NCBI GenBank assembly: GCA_963693365.1
Contig: CAVNZM010000004.1
Location: 8,097,093 to 8,161,092 of the forward strand
DNA: 64,000 nt
Direction of reading: 5' to 3'
DNA from: Amoebidium appalachense
Taxonomy: Eukaryota > Protista > Ichthyosporea
In this document: piece by piece, positions 63,875-64,000 of the stretch
Numbering within the stretch: position 1 is the stretch's first letter
How the letters are laid out: every line of letters starts with the position of its first letter
Notes under the pieces: generated by a model
The model's database searches: none
What the model was told of the DNA's origin: nothing
The model's input: the letters and a program-made list of their open reading frames with translations, nothing else
Program-made: the position numbers and the translations under genes

Positions 63875-63998
63875 CGGTTTGGTCCGACACCTGTGGGGTT
63901 GGTTCCCACTTGTCGCTTACGGGGTCGTATGCACGACCTTCCGCCAGCGCGAACAGTTCGCAGAAGAGCTCGATTTCCATCTCGCATCGGCGTTTGCG
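63867..63998 (-). CDS. Probable C-terminus of LINE ORF1
   Basis: Open frame RKRRCEMEIELFCELFALAEGRAYDPVSDKWEPTPQVSDQTDA* from the window edge. Its stop lies just inside the ORF2 start (G-ATG-CC-TAA). Confidence 0.6.
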   Translation of the reverse strand, partial: RKRRCEMEIELFCELFALAEGRAYDPVSDKWEPTPQVSDQTDA

Positions 63999-64000
63999 CT

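Larger units (their letters stand above)
60330..64000 (-). mobile_element. LINE copy 3 with intact ORF2; 5' end runs out of the window
   Basis: Same 3' UTR and terminus as copies 1 and 2. Inserted into the RNase H region of the decayed Gypsy. Confidence 0.95.

Overview
Eukaryotic genomic DNA. Introns are packed with poly(G)/poly(C) tracts and (CA)n/(GT)n microsatellites, so almost all short ORFs in the track are repeat artefacts. I assembled four spliced genes exon by exon with consistent phases: a TLC-domain membrane protein (+, ~9-6219), an RMD1/DUF155-family gene (-, 9313-17250), ARPC1 (+, 18856-30562, head-to-head with RMD1) and an ERG25/MSMO1 sterol C4-methyl oxidase (+, 36173-44450). 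The right half is a retroelement nest: three copies of an APE-RT LINE ending in GTAAAC(C)n rather than poly(A), a complete Ty3/Gypsy chromovirus (610-bp LTRs, AAGGG TSD, gag TAG in frame with protease) inserted into a decayed LINE, and a second decayed Gypsy interrupted by a LINE. The most interesting signal is an intronic repeat family of more than 10 copies. Copies are variably 5'-truncated, share a fixed 3' end running into poly(C) via TTCAAA/TTCTAA-CCC, and lie sense to the host gene. The longest copy carries what resembles the C-terminus of an endonuclease-less Penelope-like RT, and two long copies share a covarying, pseudoknotted RNA structure with hammerhead-like boxes. All assignments are from reading the sequence; no database search was run.
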